From the NCBI GenBank assembly GCA_964602175.1, contig CAZRQE010000081.1, forward strand, positions 78,986 through 142,985: a stretch of DNA of 64,000 nt, written 5' to 3'. The notes under the pieces were generated by a model that worked only from the letters and a program-made list of their open reading frames with translations, was not told the DNA's origin and did not search any database. A program made the translations under genes and the position numbers. Below are positions 9,868 through 18,863 of the stretch, in pieces. This DNA comes from an uncultured Gemmatimonadaceae bacterium. GTDB lineage: Bacteria; Gemmatimonadota; Gemmatimonadetes; Longimicrobiales; Gaopeijiaceae. Numbering within the stretch: position 1 is the first letter of the stretch; each line of letters opens with the position of its first letter.

Positions 9868-11706
9868 ATGTGCGGAATCATCGGATACGTGGGACCCGGG
9901 CGGGCGGGTCCGATCCTCATGGAGGGCCTCAAGCGACTCGAGTACCGGGGCTACGACTCGGCGGGACTGGCCGTGCTCGACGCGGACCGCCGGCTCCGGT
10001 TCGAGAAGCGCTCCGGCAAGATCACCGAACTCGAGGACGCGCTGGGCGGCCGATTCCCGTCCGGCACCTGCGGAATCGCGCACACGCGCTGGGCTACCCA
10101 CGGTCCTCCCAGCGAGGCGAACGCGCATCCGCAGCTTTCTCCGGCCCGGGACATCGCGCTGGTTCACAACGGGATCATCGAGAGCGCGGGCCGCCTGCGT
10201 CCGAGGCTGCGCGATCTGGGATACGAGTTCCGCAGCCAGACCGACACGGAGGTGCTCGTCCACCTCATCGACCTGGCGTTTCGCGACACCGGCCGGCTGG
10301 AGGATGCCGTCGCGAATGCCGTGTCGCGCGTCGAGGGGACCTACGGGATCGCCGTGATCAGCTCCCGTGACCCGGGCAAGATCGTCGTCGCGCGCAACGG
10401 CAGCCCGGTTCTTCTCGGCGTCGGCGAGGGGGGCGAGCACTTCGTCACCTCCGATGCGACGGCGGTCGTGGCGCACACGCAGAAGGTCGTCCGGCTGCGC
10501 GACGGGGACTCCGCGGTGCTTGCCCGTGACGGCTACCGGACCTTCGATCCGGCGCGGCGGGCGGTCACGAGAGGGGCGCAGATCGTCGGCTGGGGAGCGG
10601 ACTCGATCAGCAAGGGTGGCCATGACCACTACATGTACAAGGAGATCCGGGAACAGCCGTCGTCGCTGCGCGATGTGATGCGTGGCCGGCTCCTGGAGCG
10701 GGACGGCACGTCGAAGCTGGGCGGCCTTGCCATGGCGAACCGGGATCTGCGCGGCGTGAACCGAATCGTGATCACGGCCTGCGGCACGAGCTGGCACGCC
10801 GGGCTGATCGGGGGCTACATGCTCGAGGAAATGGCCCGGATTCCGGTAACGGTCGAGTACGCTTCGGAGTTCCGCTACCGGAACACCGTGCTTGATCGGG
10901 GGACGCTCGTCATGGGGATCAGCCAGTCCGGAGAGACGGCCGACACCCTGGCGGCGCTGCGGGAGGCCGGAAGGCGGGGCTGCCGCACCATGGGGATCGT
11001 CAACGCCGTGGGATCCAGCATTGCGGCCGAGACCGACTTCGGGGTCTACCTGCACGCGGGCCCCGAGATCGGGGTGGCTTCCACCAAGTCCTTCTCCAGT
11101 CAGATCGTGGCGCTGGCGCTTTTCACTCTGCACATGGCGCGTGCGCGCGGCATGTCGGTCGTGCAGGGGCGGGAGATCGTGCGGGCGCTCCGGGGACTGC
11201 CTGCGCTGGTCGAGGAGGTGCTGGAGGTCGGCGACCGGGTCGAGGAGCTTTCCCGCAAGTACCACGCCGCCCCCAACTTCCTGTACCTGGGCCGGGGCTA
11301 CCAGTTCCCGGTGGCCCTCGAGGGCGCCTTGAAGTTGAAGGAGGTAAGCTACATTCATGCAGAGGGTTATCCGGCTGCGGAGATGAAGCACGGACCGATT
11401 GCGCTGATCGACGAGAACATGCCCGTGGTGGTGCTCGCGCCCCGCGATGCGGTGTATTCCAAGACGCTGTCGAACATCCAGGAAGTGCGCGCGCGGCACG
11501 GACGGATCATCGCGGTCGTGAACGACGAGGACGACGAGGTGACCGATCTCGCGCACGAGCGGATCGTGATTCCGGCGACGATCCCGGCCCTGATGCCCGT
11601 GCTCGCCACCGTGCCGCTGCAGCTCCTCGCCTACCATATTGCCGTGATGCGCGGATGTGACGTCGACCAGCCCCGCAACCTCGCCAAGTCGGTGACCGTC
11701 GAGTGA
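9868..11706 (+). CDS. glmS: Glutamine--fructose-6-phosphate aminotransferase (isomerizing)
   Basis: N-terminal MCGIIGY (catalytic Cys2), two SIS domains, C-terminal DQPRNLAKSVTVE. Confidence 0.95.
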   Translation: MCGIIGYVGPGRAGPILMEGLKRLEYRGYDSAGLAVLDADRRLRFEKRSGKITELEDALGGRFPSGTCGIAHTRWATHGPPSEANAHPQLSPARDIALVHNGIIESAGRLRPRLRDLGYEFRSQTDTEVLVHLIDLAFRDTGRLEDAVANAVSRVEGTYGIAVISSRDPGKIVVARNGSPVLLGVGEGGEHFVTSDATAVVAHTQKVVRLRDGDSAVLARDGYRTFDPARRAVTRGAQIVGWGADSISKGGHDHYMYKEIREQPSSLRDVMRGRLLERDGTSKLGGLAMANRDLRGVNRIVITACGTSWHAGLIGGYMLEEMARIPVTVEYASEFRYRNTVLDRGTLVMGISQSGETADTLAALREAGRRGCRTMGIVNAVGSSIAAETDFGVYLHAGPEIGVASTKSFSSQIVALALFTLHMARARGMSVVQGREIVRALRGLPALVEEVLEVGDRVEELSRKYHAAPNFLYLGRGYQFPVALEGALKLKEVSYIHAEGYPAAEMKHGPIALIDENMPVVVLAPRDAVYSKTLSNIQEVRARHGRIIAVVNDEDDEVTDLAHERIVIPATIPALMPVLATVPLQLLAYHIAVMRGCDVDQPRNLAKSVTVE

Positions 11707-12143
11707 GAGTCGTCCTGCAGCGCGTGACGGAAGCCTCGGTGGAGATCGACGGCGCGGTCACGGGTTCGATCGGGCCCGGTCTGGTGGTGCTCGCCGGCTT
11801 CACCGACGGAGACGGTCCGGACACGGTGTCGTGGATGGCCGACAAGATCGCGAATCTGCGTGTCTTCGCCGACGCCGAGGGACGGATGAACCGTTCGGTG
11901 CTCGACATGAGGGGCGAAGTGCTCGTAGTCAGCCAGTTCACGCTGTACGGTGACGCGCGCAAGGGCCGCCGGCCCTCGTTCGTGCGGGCGGCCCGGCCCG
12001 AGGTCGCCGTGCCGCTCTACGAGGCGTTCGTGGAGGCGTTGGACGGCGTCGTGCCGCGGCAGGTGCAAACCGGCCGCTTCGGCGCGGCAATGAAGGTGTC
12101 GCTTGTCAACGACGGACCGGTCACGCTGATGATGGAACGATGA
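11703..12143 (+). CDS. dtd: D-aminoacyl-tRNA deacylase
   Basis: MRVVLQRV..., SQFTLYGD, GRRPSF, FGAxMxVxLVNDGPVT. ATGA-type overlap with the glmS stop. Confidence 0.92.
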   Translation: MRVVLQRVTEASVEIDGAVTGSIGPGLVVLAGFTDGDGPDTVSWMADKIANLRVFADAEGRMNRSVLDMRGEVLVVSQFTLYGDARKGRRPSFVRAARPEVAVPLYEAFVEALDGVVPRQVQTGRFGAAMKVSLVNDGPVTLMMER

Positions 12144-12180
12144 TGAAACGGCAGCCACGATGATGAAACGATGATGGGAG
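12126..12180 (+). repeat. Four GATGATG heptamers / duplicated 14-mer ACGATGATGAAACG at the dtd-maf junction
   Basis: GATGATG at 12128, 12139, 12159 and 12170. Exact 14-mers at 12137-12150 and 12157-12170. Confidence 0.9.
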
Positions 12181-12842
12181 ATGCACTGCCAACCGCGGCA
12201 CCCCACGCGGCAAAGCGAACCGCGCGCGTGCCGGACATCGTGCTCGCTTCAGCGTCGCCGCGGCGGGCGGCAGTGCTCAGGATGCTGGGCCTCTCCTTTT
12301 CGGTGGTGCCGGCTGACGTGGAGGAGCGCCGCGAGCAGGGAGAGCCGCCGCGCCGGTATGTGGAGCGCCTGTCGCGTGCGAAGGTGCGCCGCGTAACGGC
12401 CGCCCACGCGGATGCGCTGGTGATCGGGGGCGACACGGTCGTGGCGACGGCCGGGGGCGTTCTGGAGAAACCGCGGCACGGGGCCGAGGCGGTGGGAATG
12501 CTCTCGTCTCTTTCGGGAAGCGAGCACGAGGTGTACAGCGGGCTGGCCGTGGCGGCTCACGGCCGGATCGCGTCGAATGTGGCCACCGCGCGCGTGATCT
12601 TCCGCACCCTCACCCGCGAGGTGATCGAAGCCTACGTGGCGACCGGGGAGCCGCTCGACAAGGCGGGGGCGTACGGCATTCAGGGTAGCGGTGCCTCGCT
12701 GGTCGAGCGCATCGAGGGCGATTACTACACGGTGGTGGGATTGTCGGTAGCGGCTTTTGTCGATCTGATCCCTGCGGTCGGCTTCGAATACCTGCCGGGC
12801 GGGCTGGCCGCGCTTGCGTTGCCGGAGGACGGGAGACCATGA
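12171..12842 (+). CDS. maf: Maf-like nucleoside triphosphate pyrophosphatase
   Basis: LASASPRRAAVL..., GGDTVV, KAGAYGIQG motifs. Confidence 0.88.
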   Translation: MMGDALPTAAPHAAKRTARVPDIVLASASPRRAAVLRMLGLSFSVVPADVEERREQGEPPRRYVERLSRAKVRRVTAAHADALVIGGDTVVATAGGVLEKPRHGAEAVGMLSSLSGSEHEVYSGLAVAAHGRIASNVATARVIFRTLTREVIEAYVATGEPLDKAGAYGIQGSGASLVERIEGDYYTVVGLSVAAFVDLIPAVGFEYLPGGLAALALPEDGRP

Positions 12843-14332
12843 GCCGCGGCGCGGTGCTTGCTCTGGACCAGGGGACGACCGGATCCGCCGCATTGGTCAT
12901 TGGCGCGGATGGGGCGGTGCTGGCGAGGGCGTATTCGGAATTCACCCAGCACTTTCCGCGGCCGGGCTGGGTAGAGCACGATGCGGACGAGATCTGGCGC
13001 GTCACGGCGCGCGTGGCCGGGGAGGCGGTTGCCGCCGCGCGGACGGAGATTGCCGCGGTGGGGGTGACGAACCAGCGCGAGACGGTCGTCGTGTGGGATC
13101 CGGAGACCTTGAAGCCGCTGCATCGGGCGATCGTCTGGCAGGACCGCCGCACGGCCGCGCTCTGCCGCGAATTGAAGGATACCGGCCACGAGGGGATGAT
13201 CCGCCGAAGGACCGGGCTGCTCCTGGACCCGTATTTCTCCGGTACCAAGCTCCGGTGGATCTTCGATCGGCACCCGGAGCTCGATGCGCGGGCCCGGGCG
13301 GGCGAGCTGGCCGTGGGCACAATCGATTCGTGGCTGGTGGCGCGGATGACCGGCGGGGCCGTCCACGCCACCGACCCCACCAATGCCTCGCGCACCCTCC
13401 TCTTCGACCTCGACGACGGGGACTGGAACGATGAACTGCTCCGACTCCTCGGCGTGCCCCGCCGGGTCCTGCCGGAAGTCCGGCCCAGTTCGGGAGATTT
13501 CGGGACCACGGACGGAGCCGCCTTCGGGCTCGAGGCCCCCATCGGAGGAATCGCGGGCGACCAGCAGGCAGCGCTCTATGGACAGGGCTGCTGGGAGGCC
13601 GGAGTCGGCAAGTGCACGTACGGTACCGGGGCGTTTCTGCTGCTGAATACCGGGGGGCGGCGGGTATTGTCCACTCACGGGCTTCTCACCACGGCCGCCT
13701 GCGATGCGCACGGTGGCCGCGCCTACGCCCTGGAGGGATCGATCTTCGTGGCGGGCGCCGCCGTCCAATGGCTGCGGGACGGCCTGGGGCTGCTGGACGA
13801 CGCTGCCGCCAGCGAGGGCATGGCCCGCTCGCTCGACGGCAATGACGGCGTCTACCTGGTCCCGGCGTTCGTCGGTCTGGGCGCGCCTCACTGGCGCCCC
13901 GACGCGCGCGGCTCCATCACGGGCCTGACCCGGGGCACGACGCGCGCCCACCTGGTCCGGGCCGCCCTGGAGGCGATGGCGTACGGCACCCGTGATGTCG
14001 TGGCCGCCATGGAACTCGATGCCGGCATGCGGGCCCGCGCGCTGCGCGCTGACGGCGGCGCCGCGAAGAACGACTGGCTGATGGAGTTCACGGCCGGGGT
14101 CCTGGGGATCCCTGTCCACCGCCCGGACATGGTGGAGACGACGGCGCTCGGAGCCGCGGGATTGGCGGGACTGGCCGCTGGCGTGTGGGCCGATCCGGAG
14201 AGTTTTGCGGCCGCGTTCGGCGCCGGCCGGACCTTCGCTCCCAGCCTCGGGGAGGACGAGCGCGAAGCCCTGATCGGGGGCTGGGCCCGGGCGGTTCGAG
14301 GCACGCTGGCAACGCTGGAAGCGCAGCGATGA
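12839..14332 (+). CDS. glpK: Glycerol kinase
   Basis: LALDQGTTGS, GVTNQRETVVVWD, FSGTKLRWI, GGAAKNDWLMEF. 4-nt overlap with maf. Confidence 0.93.
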   Translation: MSRGAVLALDQGTTGSAALVIGADGAVLARAYSEFTQHFPRPGWVEHDADEIWRVTARVAGEAVAAARTEIAAVGVTNQRETVVVWDPETLKPLHRAIVWQDRRTAALCRELKDTGHEGMIRRRTGLLLDPYFSGTKLRWIFDRHPELDARARAGELAVGTIDSWLVARMTGGAVHATDPTNASRTLLFDLDDGDWNDELLRLLGVPRRVLPEVRPSSGDFGTTDGAAFGLEAPIGGIAGDQQAALYGQGCWEAGVGKCTYGTGAFLLLNTGGRRVLSTHGLLTTAACDAHGGRAYALEGSIFVAGAAVQWLRDGLGLLDDAAASEGMARSLDGNDGVYLVPAFVGLGAPHWRPDARGSITGLTRGTTRAHLVRAALEAMAYGTRDVVAAMELDAGMRARALRADGGAAKNDWLMEFTAGVLGIPVHRPDMVETTALGAAGLAGLAAGVWADPESFAAAFGAGRTFAPSLGEDEREALIGGWARAVRGTLATLEAQR

Positions 14333-14507
14333 CTCGCCCCGGGTGCGGTCCTGCGCGTCGCCGGATCGAGGGTCGCGTGAAGCACCTGGTGGGCGTGGGG
14401 ATTTCGGGCAGGGGCTTGCAGTGCGTAGATTGGATGTACCGGTCGTCGTCCGGCCGGGAGTCACTGCAGGCGAATCGCCCCGGTCTCGGGGCTGGAGTGA
14501 ACGGCAA

Positions 14508-14930
14508 ATGAAGAATGGACGGTTTTTCGTCGGGCTGGTCGGGGTGGCGGCTGTTGTCGCGTGGCTGATGTGGACGGGAATCAGCGACAGCATGGTTTAC
14601 TACCTCACCCCCAGTGAACTCCTGGAACGCGTAGAGGGCGATCCCGCGTTCCACGAACTCGGCGTGAAGGTAGGAGGACAGGTGGTCGAAGGGTCCTGGG
14701 CCCGCCGCAAGAGTGGTGCGGGGACGCATGAATTCCTGGTCGCGGACCAGGAGAATCCCGATGTCGCCTTCGCCGTCCGGTACGGTGATATTTTGCCGGA
14801 CACCTTCAATGATCAGGCCGAGGTGGTTGTCGAGGGGGTCTTCGGAACCGACGGCGTCTTCCGCGCGCACACCGTCCTGACGAAGTGCGGGAGCCGGTTC
14901 GAGGCTGCCGAGGAGGAGCTGGCGGCGTGA
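14508..14930 (+). CDS. ccmE: Cytochrome c maturation heme chaperone CcmE, Cys-variant
   Basis: N-terminal membrane anchor, OB-fold body (YYLTPSEL...VKVGGQVVEGS...). The C-terminal VLTKCGSRF replaces the canonical VLAKHDENY. ATG at 14508. Confidence 0.8.
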   Translation: MKNGRFFVGLVGVAAVVAWLMWTGISDSMVYYLTPSELLERVEGDPAFHELGVKVGGQVVEGSWARRKSGAGTHEFLVADQENPDVAFAVRYGDILPDTFNDQAEVVVEGVFGTDGVFRAHTVLTKCGSRFEAAEEELAA

Positions 14931-16975
14931 CGGTCCTGGGCGAAGTCGCCCTCTGGATCGCTCTTCCGGTTGCCCTGTGGGGAACCGTCGTCTCGTTCGT
15001 CGGCGGACGGTTCCGCCGCAGCGATCTGGTTCTGAGCGGAGAGCGCACCGTCTACATGCTCACGCTCCTGTTGCTCGTGGTCTCGGCGGGCATCATCGCG
15101 GCCTTCCTGGGGAACCACTACGAGTACAGCTATGTCGCGAACTACTCGAACCGCGAACTGGACACCTATTTCAAGGTGTCCGGGCTGTGGGCGGGACAAC
15201 GGGGCTCGCTCGTCTTCTGGACGCTGCTGCTGTCGGTATTCGCGTCGATCGCGGTTTTCCAGAACCGGCGGCGCAACCGGGAGTTCATGCCCTATGTGAG
15301 CGGCACGCTCCTCGGCCTGCTTTCGTTTCTGCTGGTCGTGCTGCTGTTCGCCGACGTCAACCCCTTCGAACGCCTGGGATTCACGCCGGTCAACGGCCGG
15401 GGCCTGAATCCGCAGCTGCAGAACTACTGGATGACCATTCATCCGCCGACCCTGTACCTCGGTTTTACGGCATTCGCGGTCCCCTTCGCGTTTGCGGTGT
15501 CGGCGCTGTTGACCAACCGCCTCGATTCCCGGTGGATCGCCATCACCCGGCGCTGGATCCTGCTCAGCTGGTTCTTCCTGACCAACGGGATCATCTTCGG
15601 GATGCGCTGGGCCTACGAGGAGCTGGGGTGGGGTGGGTACTGGTTCTGGGATCCGGTCGAAAACGCCTCCCTGCTTCCGTGGCTCACGGCCACCGCGTTT
15701 CTCCACTCGATCCAGATCCAGGAGAACCGCGGGATGCTGAAGGTGTGGAACATGGGTCTCGTGGTGACCACGTTCCTCCTGACGATATTCGCGACCTTCC
15801 TCACGCGCTCCGGGCTTATCGAGTCGGTCCACAGCTTCGCCGAGAACCTGCGGATCGCGTACATCTTCCTCGGCTTCATGGGTGGGATGGCGGCTCTTTC
15901 GGCCGTGCTCATCGTGTACCGGCTCCCGTCGCTCAGGTCCGAGAACCAGTTCCAGTCGTTCCTTTCGCGCGAGTCGGCCTTTCTGTTCAACAACTTCCTG
16001 CTGGTGGGCGTCACCTTCGCCGTCGCCTGGGGGACCCTCTTCCCGCTCATCACCGAGGGATTCTTCGGCGAGACGCGGAACGTCGGACCGCCCTACTTCA
16101 ACAGCGTGAATATCCCGATCGGGCTGATGCTCCTTGCATTGATGGGCATCGGGCCGGTGATCGCGTGGCGACGCGCGTCGCGACGCAATCTGCTGAAGAA
16201 CTTCACGGTGCCGGTGCTCGCCGCGGCAGGCGCGCTGGGTGCCCTTGCCGTGATCGGCGTGCGGCACTCCATGGCGTTGGCGACCTTCACGATCGCCGCG
16301 TTCGTGATGACGATCGTGATCACCGAGTTCTGGAAGGGCACGCGGGCACGGGCGCGGATCGCCGGCGAAGGGATGTGGAGCGCGCTGGTCAGCCTGGTCA
16401 GGAGAAACCGGCGACGGTGGGGCGGCTACATCGTCCACGCCGGGGTCGTGATCGTCTTCACCGGTCTGGCCGGCGCCGCCTTCGATGTGCGAATGGAGCA
16501 GGAACTCGCGCCGGGCGAAGCCATGAGCGTCCGCTCGGCCCTGGGCACCGAGTATCGTCTGGTCTACGAGAGCCTTTCGCACTCGCGTCCGCGCGTGGCC
16601 GAGGGAGAGCGCGAGAACGACTGGCGGTGGACGGCGTTGCTGACGGTGTATCGGGACGGAGAGCGAGTCGGCATCCTGCGCCCGGAGCGGCGGTTCTATC
16701 CCGTCATGGAGCAGCAATCCACCGAGGTGGGGATCGCGAGCACCGCATTCGAGGACCTGTACGTGATTCCCAAGGAGGTTGACCTGGAGAGCGGCTCGGA
16801 GCGCGTCACCTTCGAAGCCAAGGCGCTGCCGCTGGTCCCCTGGATCTGGTACGGCGGGCTGATGGTGACCGTCGGCGCCCTGATCGGACTCTGGCCGGCA
16901 GCGCGGGTCGCCGCCCCGGCAGCCGCGCGCCGCAGATCACGCCCGGGACCCCTGCCGGCGGCGGCAGCCGGCTGA
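14927..16975 (+). CDS. ccmF: Cytochrome c-type biogenesis protein CcmF (heme lyase component)
   Basis: Polytopic membrane protein with WWD motif WGGYWFWDPVENASLLPW. GTG start at 14927 overlaps the ccmE stop (GTGA). Confidence 0.9.
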   Translation: MTVLGEVALWIALPVALWGTVVSFVGGRFRRSDLVLSGERTVYMLTLLLLVVSAGIIAAFLGNHYEYSYVANYSNRELDTYFKVSGLWAGQRGSLVFWTLLLSVFASIAVFQNRRRNREFMPYVSGTLLGLLSFLLVVLLFADVNPFERLGFTPVNGRGLNPQLQNYWMTIHPPTLYLGFTAFAVPFAFAVSALLTNRLDSRWIAITRRWILLSWFFLTNGIIFGMRWAYEELGWGGYWFWDPVENASLLPWLTATAFLHSIQIQENRGMLKVWNMGLVVTTFLLTIFATFLTRSGLIESVHSFAENLRIAYIFLGFMGGMAALSAVLIVYRLPSLRSENQFQSFLSRESAFLFNNFLLVGVTFAVAWGTLFPLITEGFFGETRNVGPPYFNSVNIPIGLMLLALMGIGPVIAWRRASRRNLLKNFTVPVLAAAGALGALAVIGVRHSMALATFTIAAFVMTIVITEFWKGTRARARIAGEGMWSALVSLVRRNRRRWGGYIVHAGVVIVFTGLAGAAFDVRMEQELAPGEAMSVRSALGTEYRLVYESLSHSRPRVAEGERENDWRWTALLTVYRDGERVGILRPERRFYPVMEQQSTEVGIASTAFEDLYVIPKEVDLESGSERVTFEAKALPLVPWIWYGGLMVTVGALIGLWPAARVAAPAAARRRSRPGPLPAAAAG

Positions 16976-16997
16976 GCTTCCCGATGGCGATCGCGCC

Positions 16998-17474
16998 GTG
17001 ACGGCTCTGATCGGCGGAGTGTTGCTGGCCGCCGGCGTGGCGCTGTTTATCCTCGAACCCGTCTTCTCCGGGAGAAGGGCGGCGCTGTATGGGGGTGACG
17101 ACGACTTCGACGAAGGCGCGGCGCGGCGACGGGTCGCGCTGACGGCGCTTCGGGACCTCGAATACGACCGCGCGACGGGCAAGCTCGACGAGGCGGACTA
17201 CGACGCCCTGAAGCTCGAGTTGTCCCGGGAGGCACTCATGCACCTTGGGCCCGACCACGACTCCGGCGACGGCGTGGAGACCGAGGCGGTCCGGGTTGCG
17301 CGGCAGCTGGAGGACGAGATTGCCCAGATCCGCCGCGCGATCCGCGAGGGCATGCAATGTGCGTCGTGCGACCACGTCAACGGCATCGGGGCGAGGTACT
17401 GCGGCCATTGCGGCAAGCGGCTGGCCACGGGGGCCGGGGCGGCCGGGACCGCTTCCGGCGGAGCCGCCTCTTGA
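16998..17474 (+). CDS. Hypothetical single-pass membrane protein with coiled/charged segment and C-terminal C-x2-C-x11-C-x2-C zinc ribbon
   Basis: TM helix LIGGVLLAAGVALFILEPVF, then an acidic/basic region, then CASCDHVNGIGARYCGHCG. Embedded between ccmF and ccmA; its stop overlaps the ccmA TTG start. Confidence 0.55.
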   Translation: MTALIGGVLLAAGVALFILEPVFSGRRAALYGGDDDFDEGAARRRVALTALRDLEYDRATGKLDEADYDALKLELSREALMHLGPDHDSGDGVETEAVRVARQLEDEIAQIRRAIREGMQCASCDHVNGIGARYCGHCGKRLATGAGAAGTASGGAAS

Positions 17475-18175
17475 CCCTCGAAGGGCGGGGGATCGTGTGC
17501 GACTATGGCCCGGTGCGGGCCCTTGCCGGGGTGGATCTGTGCGCGGCGGGCCGGGAAATCCTGGCCATCGTCGGGCCCAACGGGGCGGGTAAGACGACGC
17601 TCCTCAAGGTCTTGAGCGGAGAGCGCAGGCCCGACCGCGGCGAGGTGACCCTGAACGGGACCCGGGTGTCGGGCTCGGACGCCGCCTGGCGTGCGCGGAT
17701 CGGGCTGGTGTCCCACCGGACGGGTCTCTACGAGAAGCTCACCGCGATCGAAAACCTCAGGTTCTTTGCCGCCCTTCACGGCCTCCGGGGGAACGGCCAC
17801 AAGCTCACTGCGATCCTCGAGGCCGTTGGTGCCAGCGACCTGGCCAGGCGGCGCGTCGAGGCGCTCTCGCACGGCCAGCGCCAGAGGGTCGCGCTGGCGA
17901 GGTCTCTCCTTCACGACCCGGAGATCCTCTTCCTGGACGAGCCGTTCACGGGGCTGGATCCGGAGGGTGCGGCAGGTCTGGAGCAGGCGCTGACGGCTCG
18001 CCGGCACGACGGTGCGGTTGTTGTCCTCGTGACCCATGATCTCCGCCGCGGCCTCAGGCTGGCGGATCGAGTCGCCGTCTTGCGCCGGGGCCGCAAGGTC
18101 TTCGACGGGGAGGCGGCCGAGGATGGAGCCGCCGAGATTCTGGATCACTTCACCGCGGGAGCGGACGCTCCGTGA
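17471..18175 (+). CDS. ccmA: Heme exporter ATP-binding protein CcmA
   Basis: Walker A GPNGAGKTT, ABC signature LSHGQRQRV, Walker B ILFLDEP. TTG start at 17471 (TTGA overlap). Confidence 0.85.
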   Translation: MTLEGRGIVCDYGPVRALAGVDLCAAGREILAIVGPNGAGKTTLLKVLSGERRPDRGEVTLNGTRVSGSDAAWRARIGLVSHRTGLYEKLTAIENLRFFAALHGLRGNGHKLTAILEAVGASDLARRRVEALSHGQRQRVALARSLLHDPEILFLDEPFTGLDPEGAAGLEQALTARRHDGAVVVLVTHDLRRGLRLADRVAVLRRGRKVFDGEAAEDGAAEILDHFTAGADAP

Positions 18176-18852
18176 TGACCGAACTGCGCTGGACGTGGCT
18201 GATCGCGCGCAAGGACCTGAGCCTCGAGTTCCGCGCCGGAGGCCGGTTGCTTGCCATGATCGCGTTCGTGGTCCTCGCCGGTTTCCTTTTCGGCTTTGCG
18301 CTCGACAAGGGTCAGGTCCCCGGCCGTGCGGTGGTCGCAAGTCTCACCTGGCTCACGGTCCTCTTCGCCTCGACGGCGGGGGCCGGACGAATATTCGATA
18401 TGGAGGAAGAGGACGGCGCATTCCGCCACGTCCTCCTCACGCCGGTCTCGAGGAGGGCGGTCTTCCTGGGCAAGACCCTGGCGAATCTCGCGCTGACCTG
18501 GCTGATCACCGCACTGTCGTTCGTCGCCCTCACCAGCTTTCTCGGAGTGCGCACTTCCGGTTCGCTGGCGGCGCACGCAGCGATCTTCCTGCCGGGCACG
18601 ATCGGCCTGTCGGCGACCGCGACCTTCTTCGGGCGCATGTCACGGCACAGCAACCTGGGGGACTCGCTCCTGCCGGTGCTCACCTTTCCGCTGCTGGCTC
18701 CCCTGGTGTTCTTCGGAGCCACGGCCTCGGCCCGGGTTTTCATGGCGCTGCCCTGGGACGAGATTTCGGGCCTGGTGCGCCTGCTCTGGGCGTTCGCGAT
18801 CGGCTCGGTGACGGTCGGCGCCGTCCTCTTTCGCCATGTAACCGACGAGTAG
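18172..18852 (+). CDS. ccmB: Heme exporter membrane protein CcmB
   Basis: About 225-aa polytopic protein directly after ccmA (GTGA overlap) with a CcmB-like N-terminus (LIARKDLSLEFR). Confidence 0.85.
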   Translation: MMTELRWTWLIARKDLSLEFRAGGRLLAMIAFVVLAGFLFGFALDKGQVPGRAVVASLTWLTVLFASTAGAGRIFDMEEEDGAFRHVLLTPVSRRAVFLGKTLANLALTWLITALSFVALTSFLGVRTSGSLAAHAAIFLPGTIGLSATATFFGRMSRHSNLGDSLLPVLTFPLLAPLVFFGATASARVFMALPWDEISGLVRLLWAFAIGSVTVGAVLFRHVTDE

Positions 18853-18863
18853 GGGTGTTGCGA

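Noticed and set aside
9860-9870. Looked for a glmS ribozyme upstream of glmS.
   Set aside because: glmS starts 1 nt after the stop of the preceding phosphohexomutase gene, so there is no room for a leader ribozyme.
14813-16717. 634-aa minus-strand ORF antisense to ccmF. Similar cases are 9769..11637 antisense to glmS, 33868..36144 antisense to rarA/hflX, 50829..53135 antisense to smc, 59836..61692 antisense to cinA/grpE/dnaJ and 39267..41138 antisense to the secreted protein.
   Set aside because: Their translations are Arg/Pro/Gly/His-rich with no family motifs, and they lie exactly opposite genes with strong motif support. Long stop-free antisense frames are expected in high-GC DNA.
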